From NCBI GenBank assembly GCA_018825385.1, contig JAHJEX010000074.1, positions 997 to 64,996 of the forward strand: a stretch of 64,000 bases of DNA, written 5' to 3'. The stretch comes from Patescibacteria group bacterium (GTDB taxonomy: Bacteria; Patescibacteriota; Patescibacteriia; UM-FILTER-42-10). Below, in pieces: positions 45,854-55,802 of the stretch. How positions within the stretch are numbered: the stretch's first letter is position 1; every line of letters starts with the position of its first letter. A program made the translations under genes and the position numbers. Below the pieces are notes generated by a model, which had not been told where the DNA came from, did no database searches, and worked only from the letters and a program-made list of their open reading frames with translations.

Positions 45854-46594
45854 ATGCGAATTGAACCAAGCGTGGCCACTGTAAATCCTAAACCAGAGAT
45901 TAAGAAAGAGAAAAAGCCGCGAAGAAAAAAGAAAAAATGGGTGAAATGGCTTATTATTTTATTAGTCGTTCTTAGCTTACCGATTTTGTTGCTTGGCGCA
46001 TCTGGGATTTTCAATATCCCAATTCTCTCTCACATATTCGGTGCAAATAGCCCAAAAGACCTGGGAATTGAGGTAAGTGAGCAAGCATTGCAATCAGGTT
46101 TAAAAAAGTTTCCAGTTGAACTGAAGAGTGAGCCGGGAACTTTTACTGGCATAGGTAAAAAAGAATTTGAAGGTAAAGTTGCCATAGATGCTGAATACAC
46201 TTCAGAAGAGATAACATCAGCACTAGATAATTTATTTTCAAATGCTCCTCATGTAAGCAACGTGCAAGTTAAATATATTGAAGGAGGAATGGAGGTATCT
46301 GCATTTGTCAAGACATATTTAAACGCTCCAGTTTACGCAAAAGTTGGTGTAGAAAGAGTTAGTGATAAATCAATTGATATAAATATTGAAAAAATAAAGA
46401 TCGGAATAGTGCCTATTCCGGAAAAATATTATGAAGATGTTGGGAAGGCCGTCGAGGATATTGTGAATGACAGAATGCAGGCGGTGGAAAGCTTTTCTAT
46501 GGATCTGTTAGAGTATCATGATGGCTATTCGTATCTAAAAGGAACATTTCCAAAATCTGTCAAAATGCTACCGGGAGAGGAAGATATATTTTAA
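45854..46594 (+). CDS. Hypothetical membrane-anchored protein (Lys-rich N-terminus, single TM, extracytoplasmic domain).
   Basis: KKEKKPRRKKKK followed by a TM helix. No known motif. Confidence 0.45.
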   Translation: MRIEPSVATVNPKPEIKKEKKPRRKKKKWVKWLIILLVVLSLPILLLGASGIFNIPILSHIFGANSPKDLGIEVSEQALQSGLKKFPVELKSEPGTFTGIGKKEFEGKVAIDAEYTSEEITSALDNLFSNAPHVSNVQVKYIEGGMEVSAFVKTYLNAPVYAKVGVERVSDKSIDINIEKIKIGIVPIPEKYYEDVGKAVEDIVNDRMQAVESFSMDLLEYHDGYSYLKGTFPKSVKMLPGEEDIF

Positions 46595-46597
46595 AAT

Positions 46598-46879
46598 ATG
46601 AAGAAGACTTTATATATAATATTATCAACGGTTTTAGGAATCATAGTCAGTTTTTTATTTCACGCAATCATTGAATACATATTTATTAGGTCAACCGAAG
46701 ATAGTGCAATAACTTGGAATAGTAGCTTTGGAATTGGTAGTTGTGCACTACCTGAATGGCTCCAATATTCTTTGCTGGGGATCGGAATTGTTAGTGGTAT
46801 AATAGTTGGTTTTTGCTGGTGGAATATCGTATATATTCAAAAACGTCATTGGCGGAATAAAAAACATAAAGCAGACTGA
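46598..46879 (+). CDS. Small 2-TM membrane protein.
   Basis: 93 aa with two hydrophobic helices. Sits between the hypothetical and the SPFH gene. Confidence 0.4.
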   Translation: MKKTLYIILSTVLGIIVSFLFHAIIEYIFIRSTEDSAITWNSSFGIGSCALPEWLQYSLLGIGIVSGIIVGFCWWNIVYIQKRHWRNKKHKAD

Positions 46880-46904
46880 TTTACTTATAATTAACATTAA
46901 ATAA

Positions 46905-47681
46905 ATGGACTTTTTTACCACATTTCTAAGTTTTGCGATAGCGTTTAGTTTTATACTTGGTTTCATTCTATTGATATCGATCCGACAAGTGAATCAGTAC
47001 GAACGCGGATTGAAGTTTATGCTTGGAAAGTACAGACTAACAGCAATGCCGGGATGGCGACTGATCATTCCTGTTATTCAGTCAATGACCAAGGTTGATA
47101 TTAGAGTAAAAGCTGTAGATGTACCTGACCAGGATGCCATTACAAAAGATAACGTTTCGGTTAATGTGAATGCTGTACTTTACTACAAAGTTATTAGTGC
47201 AGAAAAGGCAATTTTGGAAGTCGAAAATTTCTATTACGCGGTCTCTCAACTAGCACAAACAACCATGCGGGATGTGGTAGGAGAGGTTGATCTAGATGAA
47301 CTTCTAACAAAGAGGGATCAAATTTCAGATAGAATTCAACAAATCGTGGACGAAGCAACTGACCCATGGGGTATTCAAGTTGTTTCCGTTGATTTGAAGC
47401 ACATTGAACTTCCAAAAGACATGCAGCGCACAATTGCAAAGCAAGCAGAAGCTGAGCGTGAAAGAAGAGCAGTGATAATAAAAGCCGAAGGAGAGGTGGC
47501 TGCTGCGGATAATATGTCAAAAGCAGCAAAAGTACTTGCAGAGTCGGACGGTGCACTACATTTAAGAACTCTTCAATCGATAAATGATCTTTCCTCAGAT
47601 CAGTCAAATACAGTCATTTTTGCTCTTCCGCTTGAAGTATTAAGAGCATTTGAATCTATGTCTAAAGATAAGAATAAATAG
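46905..47681 (+). CDS. SPFH/Band-7 (stomatin/prohibitin-like) domain protein.
   Basis: N-terminal TM, SPFH core, and the coiled region HIELPKDMQRTIAKQAEAERERRAVIIKAEGE. Confidence 0.85.
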   Translation: MDFFTTFLSFAIAFSFILGFILLISIRQVNQYERGLKFMLGKYRLTAMPGWRLIIPVIQSMTKVDIRVKAVDVPDQDAITKDNVSVNVNAVLYYKVISAEKAILEVENFYYAVSQLAQTTMRDVVGEVDLDELLTKRDQISDRIQQIVDEATDPWGIQVVSVDLKHIELPKDMQRTIAKQAEAERERRAVIIKAEGEVAAADNMSKAAKVLAESDGALHLRTLQSINDLSSDQSNTVIFALPLEVLRAFESMSKDKNK

Positions 47682-47704
47682 AATAACAATAAAGTTAGCT
47701 AAGA

Positions 47705-49411
47705 ATGAAAAAGCTTATTACAATTGTAATATTTGTTTGCATAGTCGTGCTGATGCCATCGGTCACATACTCGGTTTATGACAATATAAGCAATTTTGAT
47801 GCGCAAATATTCGTTAATAAAGACTCAAGCATAACAGTCCAGGAAACAATAATATACGATTTTGGTGACGAGAATCGCCATGGCATTTATAGAGACATCC
47901 CAATTCAGTATAAAGCTCGAGGAGGTAATTATAAACTTAGAGTATCAAATACATCAGTAACTGATGAAAACGGAAGCGCATATAATTATGAAATATCATA
48001 TCCCGGAGAATATATTAGGCTAAAAATTGGCGACGCTGACATTTATATCACTGGGGAGCATGAATATGTAATAACATACAGCGTAAAACGGGCTCTCAAC
48101 TATTTTGAGGAGTGGGATGAACTATATTGGAATGTAACAGGAAATGAGTGGCCTGGTCCAATTGATAGTGCTACGGCAACAATATATTTTGAGGATGCTG
48201 TTGCATCAAACGACATAAAGACAGACTGTTTTGCCGGATATTTGGGCTATGATGATAAATGTTTTTCTGAACGAATTGTTGAAGAAACTGATGGAACTCT
48301 TTTGGGTATAGAATTCGTGCACAAAAACCTTTCCGTAAGTGAGGGATTGACAATTGTTGTAGGATTTCCTAAGGGCTTAGTAACTCCACCAACAACTTAT
48401 GAAAAATTAATTGATTATTTTCGTGATAATGGAATTCTTTTTCTACCGATATTCGTATTGGGATTAATGATTTATTTATGGAGAGCAAAAGGCCGAGATC
48501 CCAAAGGTAGAGGAACGGTAGTAGCGCAGTATGAAGCGCCGGATAATCTAACTGCTGCTGAAGTAGGTATAATAATAGATGAAAAAGTACAAAGAAAGGA
48601 TGTATCTGCTCAGATAATTCAATTCGCTGTAAATGGCAACCTAAAAATAGTTAAAGGCGACAAAAAAGATGACTATACGTTTGTAAAACTTACGGATAAA
48701 GGAGTTTTGAAAACAAAGTTTGAAAGAGATTTGTATGAAGGAATATTTGGTAAGGATACCAAGGTAAAACTATCTAAGCTAAAAAATAGCTTCTACAAAG
48801 ATTATCCGAAAGTCACGGATAAACTATATAAAGAAACTGTAGAAAAGGGATATTTTTCAAAAAACCCAAAAAATGTAAGATCATCTTATAACGGCACTGG
48901 AGCGCTATTGTTCATTATTGGTTTCTTTACCGGTTTCCTTGGAGCATTCTACAGCATAGCATTTATTACATCAGGAATAATTGTGATGATTTTCAGTTTA
49001 TTTATGCCTTCAAAAACACTTAAAGGAACTCATGCGCGTGAGCATATATTAGGACTTAAGACCTATCTATCAGTTGCAGAAAAAGATAGGATAAAGTTCC
49101 ATAATGCACCGGAAAAGAATCCTGAACATTTTGACAAACTCCTTCCATATGCAATGGTGCTTGGAGTTGAAAAAGAATGGGCTAATCAGTTTGAGGATAT
49201 ATACAAACAACCGCCATCTTGGTATGAAGGACCAGCAGGATCACATTTTGGGGCATTATATTTAGTAAATAGTTTAAATAGTTTTCAGACGAGTGCCAAT
49301 ACTACGCTCACCTCAAGACCGTCGTCCGCATCAAGTGGAGGAAGTGGTTTTTCCGGTGGCGGTGGTTTTTCTGGCGGTGGATTTGGAGGCGGCGGAGGCG
49401 GTAGCTGGTAA
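47705..49411 (+). CDS. DUF2207-like membrane protein with Gly-rich C-terminal tail.
   Basis: Signal peptide, large N-terminal domain, two C-terminal TM helices, and a tail SGGSGFSGGGGFSGGGFGGGGGGSW typical of DUF2207 proteins. Confidence 0.55.
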   Translation: MKKLITIVIFVCIVVLMPSVTYSVYDNISNFDAQIFVNKDSSITVQETIIYDFGDENRHGIYRDIPIQYKARGGNYKLRVSNTSVTDENGSAYNYEISYPGEYIRLKIGDADIYITGEHEYVITYSVKRALNYFEEWDELYWNVTGNEWPGPIDSATATIYFEDAVASNDIKTDCFAGYLGYDDKCFSERIVEETDGTLLGIEFVHKNLSVSEGLTIVVGFPKGLVTPPTTYEKLIDYFRDNGILFLPIFVLGLMIYLWRAKGRDPKGRGTVVAQYEAPDNLTAAEVGIIIDEKVQRKDVSAQIIQFAVNGNLKIVKGDKKDDYTFVKLTDKGVLKTKFERDLYEGIFGKDTKVKLSKLKNSFYKDYPKVTDKLYKETVEKGYFSKNPKNVRSSYNGTGALLFIIGFFTGFLGAFYSIAFITSGIIVMIFSLFMPSKTLKGTHAREHILGLKTYLSVAEKDRIKFHNAPEKNPEHFDKLLPYAMVLGVEKEWANQFEDIYKQPPSWYEGPAGSHFGALYLVNSLNSFQTSANTTLTSRPSSASSGGSGFSGGGGFSGGGFGGGGGGSW

Positions 49412-49413
49412 AT

Positions 49414-49441
49414 TTGTCAGAATCAATCCTAAAGTTATACT
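49414..49441 (+). promoter_or_regulatory. Sigma70-type promoter TTGTCA-16-TATACT for the microprotein unit.
   Basis: TTGTCA at 49414-49419, a 16-nt spacer, TATACT at 49436-49441. It starts immediately after the DUF2207 stop. Confidence 0.45.
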
Positions 49442-49477
49442 GACCGAGCATTTAAATACTAATCCTACGGAGGTTAT

Positions 49478-49531
49478 ATGACAGACGCATGTCCATCATG
49501 TGGAAACAATCCTTGCACCTGCGGTAGTTAG
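49478..49531 (+). CDS. 17-aa Cys-rich microprotein MTDACPSCGNNPCTCGS (CPxCG-type minimal zinc-finger-like peptide).
   Basis: Strong SD GGAGGT at 49469-49474 about 4 nt before the ATG. Four Cys arranged as CxxC-x4-CxC. Its own promoter lies upstream and a terminator immediately downstream. Too short to appear in the ORF track. Confidence 0.4.
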   Translation: MTDACPSCGNNPCTCGS

Positions 49532-49543
49532 TTTAAGTAAAGA

Positions 49544-49566
49544 CCCCCCAAAAATGGGGGTTTTTA
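49544..49566 (+). terminator. Rho-independent terminator following the microprotein ORF.
   Basis: CCCCC(C) / aaaaat / GGGGG hairpin followed by TTTTT. Confidence 0.6.
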
Positions 49567-49614
49567 CTATACATACAATTGCCAGAAGCAGCAAAATACC
49601 GTAAAATATGGATT

Positions 49615-50499
49615 ATGAAAGAAGATGTTGATCTATCCATATGCATTGTTACTTGGAATTCTGAGAATGATATAGCTGAATGCTTATCATCTATAGAACA
49701 CGCTAAAAAAAATCTCAATATCGAGGTTTTTGTTGCTGATAATGCCTCCTCAGATAACACTGCCAAAATTGTTAGTACTTCATTTCCGGAGATAATTCTT
49801 ATCCAAAATAGTAAGAATTATGGATTTGCTAAAGCAAATAATCAGGCGATCAGACGATCCAGCGGACGCTATGTTTTGCTTTTAAATCCTGACACTAGGG
49901 TCAGAAAATGCACATTCAAAGATGCAATTGACTATATGGAAGTTCGTAGCAAAATTGGGATTGTAGGATGTGCAATTAGTAATCTGGATGGCTCGCGGCA
50001 ATACTCTGTCAGAAAGTTCCCGTCGCTGACATCTCAAATTCTTATCCTTTGTAAGCTACATAACTTTTTCCCTAGCTTACCACCGCTAAAAAAATATTTT
50101 GCTCTTGACTTTGACTACGCAAAAGAACAAAGTGTAGACCAAGTAATGGGAGCGTTTATGTTAATACGTCGCAAATGTTTAGAGCAGGTGGGTTTGCTAG
50201 ACGAAAAATTCTGGATCTGGTTTGAAGATGTTGACTACTGCAAGCGCGCTATTAACCTCAATTGGAAAGTAATGTACACACCGAAATTCGAAATTGCTCA
50301 TAATCAAAGCCAGAGTTTCGCAAAACTATGGGCAGTGCAAGAACAAAGAGTATTTAACAAAAGCTTGCTATACTATATTCGAAAACACCGGGGTAATTTA
50401 TCATACAGGGTTTTGTTAATATTTGTACCGATTAGCATTATTCTTTCTACAATCGTCGGAATATTTGAGCCAAAAACCAGTAAAATAAAAGTTCAATGA
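49615..50499 (+). CDS. Family 2 glycosyltransferase.
   Basis: LSICIVTWNSENDIAECLSSI...VFVADNASSDNT. The start was set to the Met at 49615 (MKEDVDL). Confidence 0.75.
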   Translation: MKEDVDLSICIVTWNSENDIAECLSSIEHAKKNLNIEVFVADNASSDNTAKIVSTSFPEIILIQNSKNYGFAKANNQAIRRSSGRYVLLLNPDTRVRKCTFKDAIDYMEVRSKIGIVGCAISNLDGSRQYSVRKFPSLTSQILILCKLHNFFPSLPPLKKYFALDFDYAKEQSVDQVMGAFMLIRRKCLEQVGLLDEKFWIWFEDVDYCKRAINLNWKVMYTPKFEIAHNQSQSFAKLWAVQEQRVFNKSLLYYIRKHRGNLSYRVLLIFVPISIILSTIVGIFEPKTSKIKVQ

Positions 50500-52010
50500 A
50501 ATCAATTAGGATATTAGGAAGAACATTTGGCTATACGCTCCTATTTATAGCTTTGATTGAAACAATTTCTTATGCTGCGTACTTTTTTCCTGTGATTAAT
50601 ATGGCAGGATTTTTTGTACTAATTCTTGTTGCAGTGGGTTTAGCGATATGGAAAATCGAATATGGGGTCTATTTTATTTTGGCGGAATTAATTATTGGGT
50701 CGAAGGGTTATCTTTTCTTTTATGAAGTTGCCGATACATCTATTTCGCTCCGACTCGGATTATTTCTGTCGATTTTTGTTGTTTGGTTAATCCGTGAATT
50801 GATTAGCAGGAAGTTTAAATTTAAAAATATAGGACTTATTAAGTGGTACGGTGTTTTGTTATTTTTTGTTATAGTCGGAATTTTGGTCGGTTATTTTAAT
50901 GACAACCCGATAAAGGATATTTTTTATGATGTAAATGGCTGGTTATTTTTTGCACTATTACCAGTTTTTATTACAGCCATATCGAATGCAGGGCAGATAC
51001 AAAAAGTTCTTCAAGTTGCTTCGGCTGCAGTATCTGCAATGTTGTTCAAGACGGTACTGCTACTATTTGTGTTTTCACATCAGATCGAGTTTGTACTACC
51101 TAGTTTATACAAATGGGTGCGAACAACAGGTGTAGGGGAAATCACAAAAATGGATAACAATTTTTATAGAATATTTTTCCAAAGCCACATCTTTGCGCTA
51201 TTTGCATTTTTCATAGTTGCTATAATTATCATTAATGTCTCTAAAAAGCAGTTTAAAACTGGTGACTATATATTGTACTGGAGTCTCGGTTTTTTCTCTG
51301 CGCTGGTCACATTTATCAGTTATTCTAGAAGCTTTTGGGCGGCCGGTGTAGTGGGACTTGCATTTCTTATGTATACAGTACTTTTTATCATGAAGCTTTC
51401 GAAGAAAAAAACATTTCAAGTAGCTTTCGCATTTGTTGTTGTATTTTTTTCTGTTTATCTAGCTGCTCTGGTAATTATTAAATTCCCATGGCCTAATCCA
51501 TCAACTTTCAGTGGTGGGCTCATTGAAGAGAGAACAACGGGTGTTACTGAGGAATCAGCATCAGCAAGTCGGTTTAAATTATTGGGCCCGCTAGCCGACA
51601 AAATCCGCGAAAATCCGCTACTAGGATCTGGATTTGGGACATCTATTACTTACGAGACTTCAGATCCCAGAGCGTTAGAGGCAAGCCCGGACGGACTATT
51701 TACAACTTATTCATTTGAATGGGGATATTTGGATACCTGGATTGAAATGGGGATATTCGGACTAATTGCATATTTGTCATTATTAGTTGCGCTTTTCAGG
51801 TATGGATTAAAATTGTACAAAGAATATGTTCAAAACCCATTAGAAAGCTCCTTGATTCTTGGATTACTTACCGGATTAGTTGTATTGGCCGCTATTAATG
51901 TAACTACACCTTATTTAAATCACCCGTTGGGAATAGGATATATATTGCTTGCAACTGCAATTTTTGTTTCACTAAAAAAAAGTATTTCCACTGGGCAGGA
52001 TCAAACGTAA
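50496..52010 (+). CDS. O-antigen ligase-like (Wzy_C domain) polytopic membrane protein.
   Basis: About 12 TM helices with a central periplasmic loop (YSRSFWAAGVVGLAF region), typical of Wzy/WaaL-type proteins. Embedded in the GT cluster. Confidence 0.6.
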   Translation: MKSIRILGRTFGYTLLFIALIETISYAAYFFPVINMAGFFVLILVAVGLAIWKIEYGVYFILAELIIGSKGYLFFYEVADTSISLRLGLFLSIFVVWLIRELISRKFKFKNIGLIKWYGVLLFFVIVGILVGYFNDNPIKDIFYDVNGWLFFALLPVFITAISNAGQIQKVLQVASAAVSAMLFKTVLLLFVFSHQIEFVLPSLYKWVRTTGVGEITKMDNNFYRIFFQSHIFALFAFFIVAIIIINVSKKQFKTGDYILYWSLGFFSALVTFISYSRSFWAAGVVGLAFLMYTVLFIMKLSKKKTFQVAFAFVVVFFSVYLAALVIIKFPWPNPSTFSGGLIEERTTGVTEESASASRFKLLGPLADKIRENPLLGSGFGTSITYETSDPRALEASPDGLFTTYSFEWGYLDTWIEMGIFGLIAYLSLLVALFRYGLKLYKEYVQNPLESSLILGLLTGLVVLAAINVTTPYLNHPLGIGYILLATAIFVSLKKSISTGQDQT

Positions 52011-52013
52011 CTC

Positions 52014-53024
52014 ATGATAAGTAAAACGCCTCGAGTTTCAATAGTTATTGTGACATGGAATAGTATAAAATATCTTCCGCCACTTTTTGATTCTATAGAA
52101 AATCAGACAAAAAGAGATTTTGAAATTATTGTAGTAGACAATGGATCTAGTGATAATTCTGTATCGTGGATTGAAAAAAATTATCCTGCAGCAAGAATTC
52201 TACGCAACAAAGCTAACCTAGGTTTTGCCGCAGCAAATAATCAAGGCATAAGAATGTCAGCAGCTCCGTATATTGTTTTGTGTAATACGGATATTGTAAT
52301 GGCTAAAAACTTTCTGGAAGAATTACACAAGGCTATGGATAATAACTCGAAGGCTGGATCAGTTGGCGGTAAACTATTAAAGTCTAGCTTAGACTTGAAT
52401 AACATAGGTGATTCTGATACTATTGACTCAACTGGAATTGTTCTTTATAAAAGCAGAAGGGCTATTGATCGTGGAGAGAATGATAAAGATACAGGTCAAT
52501 TTGATAACACAGGGGAAGTGTTTGGTATTTCTGCGGCCCTCATTATGTATCGCAAAGATGCTCTCGATGCAGTTGCCTTGAGTGGTCAATACTTTGATGA
52601 GAGCTTTTTTTCGTATAAGGAGGACGTTGATCTTGCGTGGCGACTTCGATTAGCTGGTTTTACTTCAGTCTATATTTCCACAGCTAAAGCATTGCATGCC
52701 AGGAATGCTGCCAGAAAGACTGATTTATCCGATATCGGAACAATAAAGAATAGGCAAGGAAAGTCTCCAACGGCAAAATATTTGTCCTATAGAAACCACC
52801 TCTACATATTAGTTAAGAATGAGGAGTGGAAAAATGTATTCTTAAACCCGGCTCTTGCTTGGTATGAATTGAAGAAGTTTATTTATTTGCTGTTTCGCGA
52901 ACCAACTTCACTGAAAGGGATATTAAGTTTTTATGCAAACCTTCCACAAATGCTAAAAAAGAGAAGGAGAATAAGAGACAAAACGATAATTAATCGAAAA
53001 ACTCTATCAAAGTGGTTCCAATGA
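52014..53024 (+). CDS. Family 2 glycosyltransferase.
   Basis: VSIVIVTWNSIKYLPPLFDSI...EIIVVDNGSSDNS and a DXD region. Confidence 0.8.
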   Translation: MISKTPRVSIVIVTWNSIKYLPPLFDSIENQTKRDFEIIVVDNGSSDNSVSWIEKNYPAARILRNKANLGFAAANNQGIRMSAAPYIVLCNTDIVMAKNFLEELHKAMDNNSKAGSVGGKLLKSSLDLNNIGDSDTIDSTGIVLYKSRRAIDRGENDKDTGQFDNTGEVFGISAALIMYRKDALDAVALSGQYFDESFFSYKEDVDLAWRLRLAGFTSVYISTAKALHARNAARKTDLSDIGTIKNRQGKSPTAKYLSYRNHLYILVKNEEWKNVFLNPALAWYELKKFIYLLFREPTSLKGILSFYANLPQMLKKRRRIRDKTIINRKTLSKWFQ

Positions 53025-53827
53025 AGCTATCTATAGTTATTCTTAATTACAAGTCTGAAGGGTTGGTTAGATATTGTTTAACGAACATTATTAAAGCTGA
53101 ATTGCGGATTAATTACGAGATTATAGTCGTTGATAATGCATCACCACACAGCGGGGTTCAGGAATTAAAAAATGAGTTTAAAACTGTTCGTTTTATAGAA
53201 CTTGAAACGAATAGGGGATTTAGTGCGGGTAATAATGCCGGAATGAAAGTAGCAAGGGGAGAATATGTTTCAATAATGAACCCTGATATTGTAGTTGCAC
53301 CTGGTTCACTAGAAAAATTAGTTAGTTTTATGGACGATAACCCTGATGTTGGTTGCGCTGGACCGAAATTAATGAATCCAGATGGAACAGTCCAAAATTC
53401 TTGTCTCAGATTTCCAATTGGGATTATGCCTTTTTATAGAAGAAGCCCATTAGGGAAGACAAAAAAAGGTCAACGATACCTTGAAAATTACTTGATGCAT
53501 GATTTTGACCATAATAGTAATATCCCAGTTGACTGGCTTTTTGGCGCATGTATTTTAGCAAGGAAATCGGCAATCGAAGATGTGGGCCTTTTGGATGAGG
53601 GATATTTCCTATATATTGGAGACACAGACTGGTGTAGGATGTTTTGGGAAAAGGGTCATAGGGTTTATTATGTTGCAGATTCAAAAATGATTCATTATCA
53701 TCATCGTGAATCTGCCACAAATCCCGGCATAACAGGGATATTCAATTACGTAACTAGGATTCATATTAAAGATTTTTTGCATTATGCCAGAAAATTCAAG
53801 GGAAAACCATTACCAACAAAAAACTAA
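53012..53827 (+). CDS. Family 2 glycosyltransferase.
   Basis: LSIVILNYKSEGLVRYCL...EIIVVDNASPHSG. Confidence 0.8.
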   Translation: MVPMKLSIVILNYKSEGLVRYCLTNIIKAELRINYEIIVVDNASPHSGVQELKNEFKTVRFIELETNRGFSAGNNAGMKVARGEYVSIMNPDIVVAPGSLEKLVSFMDDNPDVGCAGPKLMNPDGTVQNSCLRFPIGIMPFYRRSPLGKTKKGQRYLENYLMHDFDHNSNIPVDWLFGACILARKSAIEDVGLLDEGYFLYIGDTDWCRMFWEKGHRVYYVADSKMIHYHHRESATNPGITGIFNYVTRIHIKDFLHYARKFKGKPLPTKN

Positions 53828-53843
53828 AAAGAAGAACAGCCAC

Positions 53844-55802
53844 ATGTCGAAAAAAAAACATTCAATGAACTTTGCAGGTAGAACCCGAAAGACAAAAAAA
53901 GGAAAGAACTTTTCAAAAAAATGGCTTTATTACGCTGGCGGAATTGTTGCTCTGATCGCAGTTCTTTTTGCGTTCCATTATCCATACGTTAAATCTGCTT
54001 ATGAATATGCCTTGGCCGGTCAAGAAGATTTTGTTAAAGCTCAAGGTGCTATTGGTGCACAGGATTTTAGTGGAGCAAAGAAAGCTTTAATTACTGCAGA
54101 AGAAAAGCTTAATAGTGCGAAAGACGATTTAAAAAAACTTGGTAAGTTTAAATTCATACCAATTGTTGGCAGGCAAATTAGGGCTGTAGAGAATATTTTA
54201 ACAGCAACAATTCAGCTAGGAACCGGTTTACAGGACCTCGCAGATTTAGGTGATGCTGTTTTTTCACCTCTAAACGAGAATGGCACGGCTGTTAGTTTAG
54301 CAAAAATCTCACCTGAACAAACTGAAGCAATTTTGAAAACAATTTATGAATCTCCGCCATTACTTCAGGGCGTAAAGGCTGATATAGATTTGGCTGTTGA
54401 TGCGATTAATAATATTCCAGATACCGGATTAATTGGATCAATCAAAAAGATTGTAACTCCGTTGAAGGAGCAATTACCTGCAATTCAGACAGGACTCGAA
54501 TTAGCAGTGCCTGCTGCAGAGGCAATCCCGCAAATAGCTGGTTATCCATCTGGAAAGACATATTTATTCTTACTGCAAAACAATACAGAATTAAGACCAA
54601 CAGGAGGTTTTATCGGGACATATGGAATATTGAAACTTGAAAATGGAGCAATAGAGCAGTTCAATACTGACAACATATATAATCTAGATACCCCATATCA
54701 TGGAACATTTCTTGCTGAGCCACCATGGCAGCTGGAAAAATATCTAAGTGCTGACAAATGGTTTATGCGTGACTCAAACTGGTCGCCGGACTTTCCAACA
54801 GCTGCCGAACAAGCTGAATGGTTCTATCATAAAGAGGGAGGCACTGAAGAAAAAATTGATGGTGTCATCGCCGTTACGCCAACATTTATTGAATCACTTA
54901 TCGCTTTGACAGGAGAAATTGAAGTAAATGGTGTAACTTTTACGTCTGACAATTTCATTGATACTCTTCAATATCAGGTTGAGCAGGGTTATTACCGACA
55001 AGGAATATCAGAATCAGAGAGAAAAGAAATAATCGGTGATTTGGCATCCAAATTATTGGACCAAGTCCTTGAATTGCCTTCTGACCGATGGTCTGATATG
55101 TGGGAAACATTTCAGAAGGATATAGCATCAAAACATATTCTTCTATACCTCAAAGACCAAGCTGTTCAGCAGTTAATTACCAAACAGGGCTGGGGTGGAA
55201 GCGTGCGTTCAGTTGACGGTGATTATTTTCTAGTAGTTGACGCAAATATGGCGAGCCTCAAATCTGATCCAGGAGTGTTAAGAACAATAAATTATGCGGT
55301 TGAGAAAAATGATGATGGCGATTATGTTGCCACATTGAAAATTCACTACAATAATCAAGGTACGTTTAATTGGAAATCAACTCGGTATCGAACATACACA
55401 AGAGTTTACGTGCCTCTAGGGAGTGAGTTAATAAATTATGAAGGTGTCATGGAGAATGATAAATTGCATGGCGGGGGATCTGGCGACGTCGAAATAGCTG
55501 AGGAATTTGATAAAACGATGTTTGGAGGATTTATATCCATCGAACCGCAAGAGCAAGGTGAACTGGTTTACACCTACAAGCTCCCGACTATAGTTTCGAA
55601 CCAAATCGATAATGATGAGTATACGCTATTTGCTCAAAAGCAAGCTGGAACAGCAGCATACGAACTTGTTGTAAATCTAGACTTTGACAAAAAGATTGAT
55701 TCATACACTCCTATTGACAAAGCAGTGCAAGATGGGCAAAATAGAGTGACTTTCCCAATTGATCTTGGGCAAGATCGTGAATTTAAGGTAATATTTAAGT
55801 AA
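53844..55802 (+). CDS. DUF4012-like cell-envelope protein (N-terminal TM, large extracytoplasmic domain).
   Basis: YLFLLQNNTELRPTGGFIGTYG motif, which as I recall is characteristic of DUF4012 proteins found in cell-wall polysaccharide loci. The start was moved to the Met at 53844. Confidence 0.55.
   Translation: MSKKKHSMNFAGRTRKTKKGKNFSKKWLYYAGGIVALIAVLFAFHYPYVKSAYEYALAGQEDFVKAQGAIGAQDFSGAKKALITAEEKLNSAKDDLKKLGKFKFIPIVGRQIRAVENILTATIQLGTGLQDLADLGDAVFSPLNENGTAVSLAKISPEQTEAILKTIYESPPLLQGVKADIDLAVDAINNIPDTGLIGSIKKIVTPLKEQLPAIQTGLELAVPAAEAIPQIAGYPSGKTYLFLLQNNTELRPTGGFIGTYGILKLENGAIEQFNTDNIYNLDTPYHGTFLAEPPWQLEKYLSADKWFMRDSNWSPDFPTAAEQAEWFYHKEGGTEEKIDGVIAVTPTFIESLIALTGEIEVNGVTFTSDNFIDTLQYQVEQGYYRQGISESERKEIIGDLASKLLDQVLELPSDRWSDMWETFQKDIASKHILLYLKDQAVQQLITKQGWGGSVRSVDGDYFLVVDANMASLKSDPGVLRTINYAVEKNDDGDYVATLKIHYNNQGTFNWKSTRYRTYTRVYVPLGSELINYEGVMENDKLHGGGSGDVEIAEEFDKTMFGGFISIEPQEQGELVYTYKLPTIVSNQIDNDEYTLFAQKQAGTAAYELVVNLDFDKKIDSYTPIDKAVQDGQNRVTFPIDLGQDREFKVIFK

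Noticed and set aside
49293-49481. 62-aa ORF overlapping the Gly-rich tail of DUF2207 and the microprotein promoter
   Set aside because: It is read in an alternate frame of the GGN-repeat region and would run through the promoter and SD of the microprotein unit. Likely an artefact of the repetitive GGT/GGC sequence.
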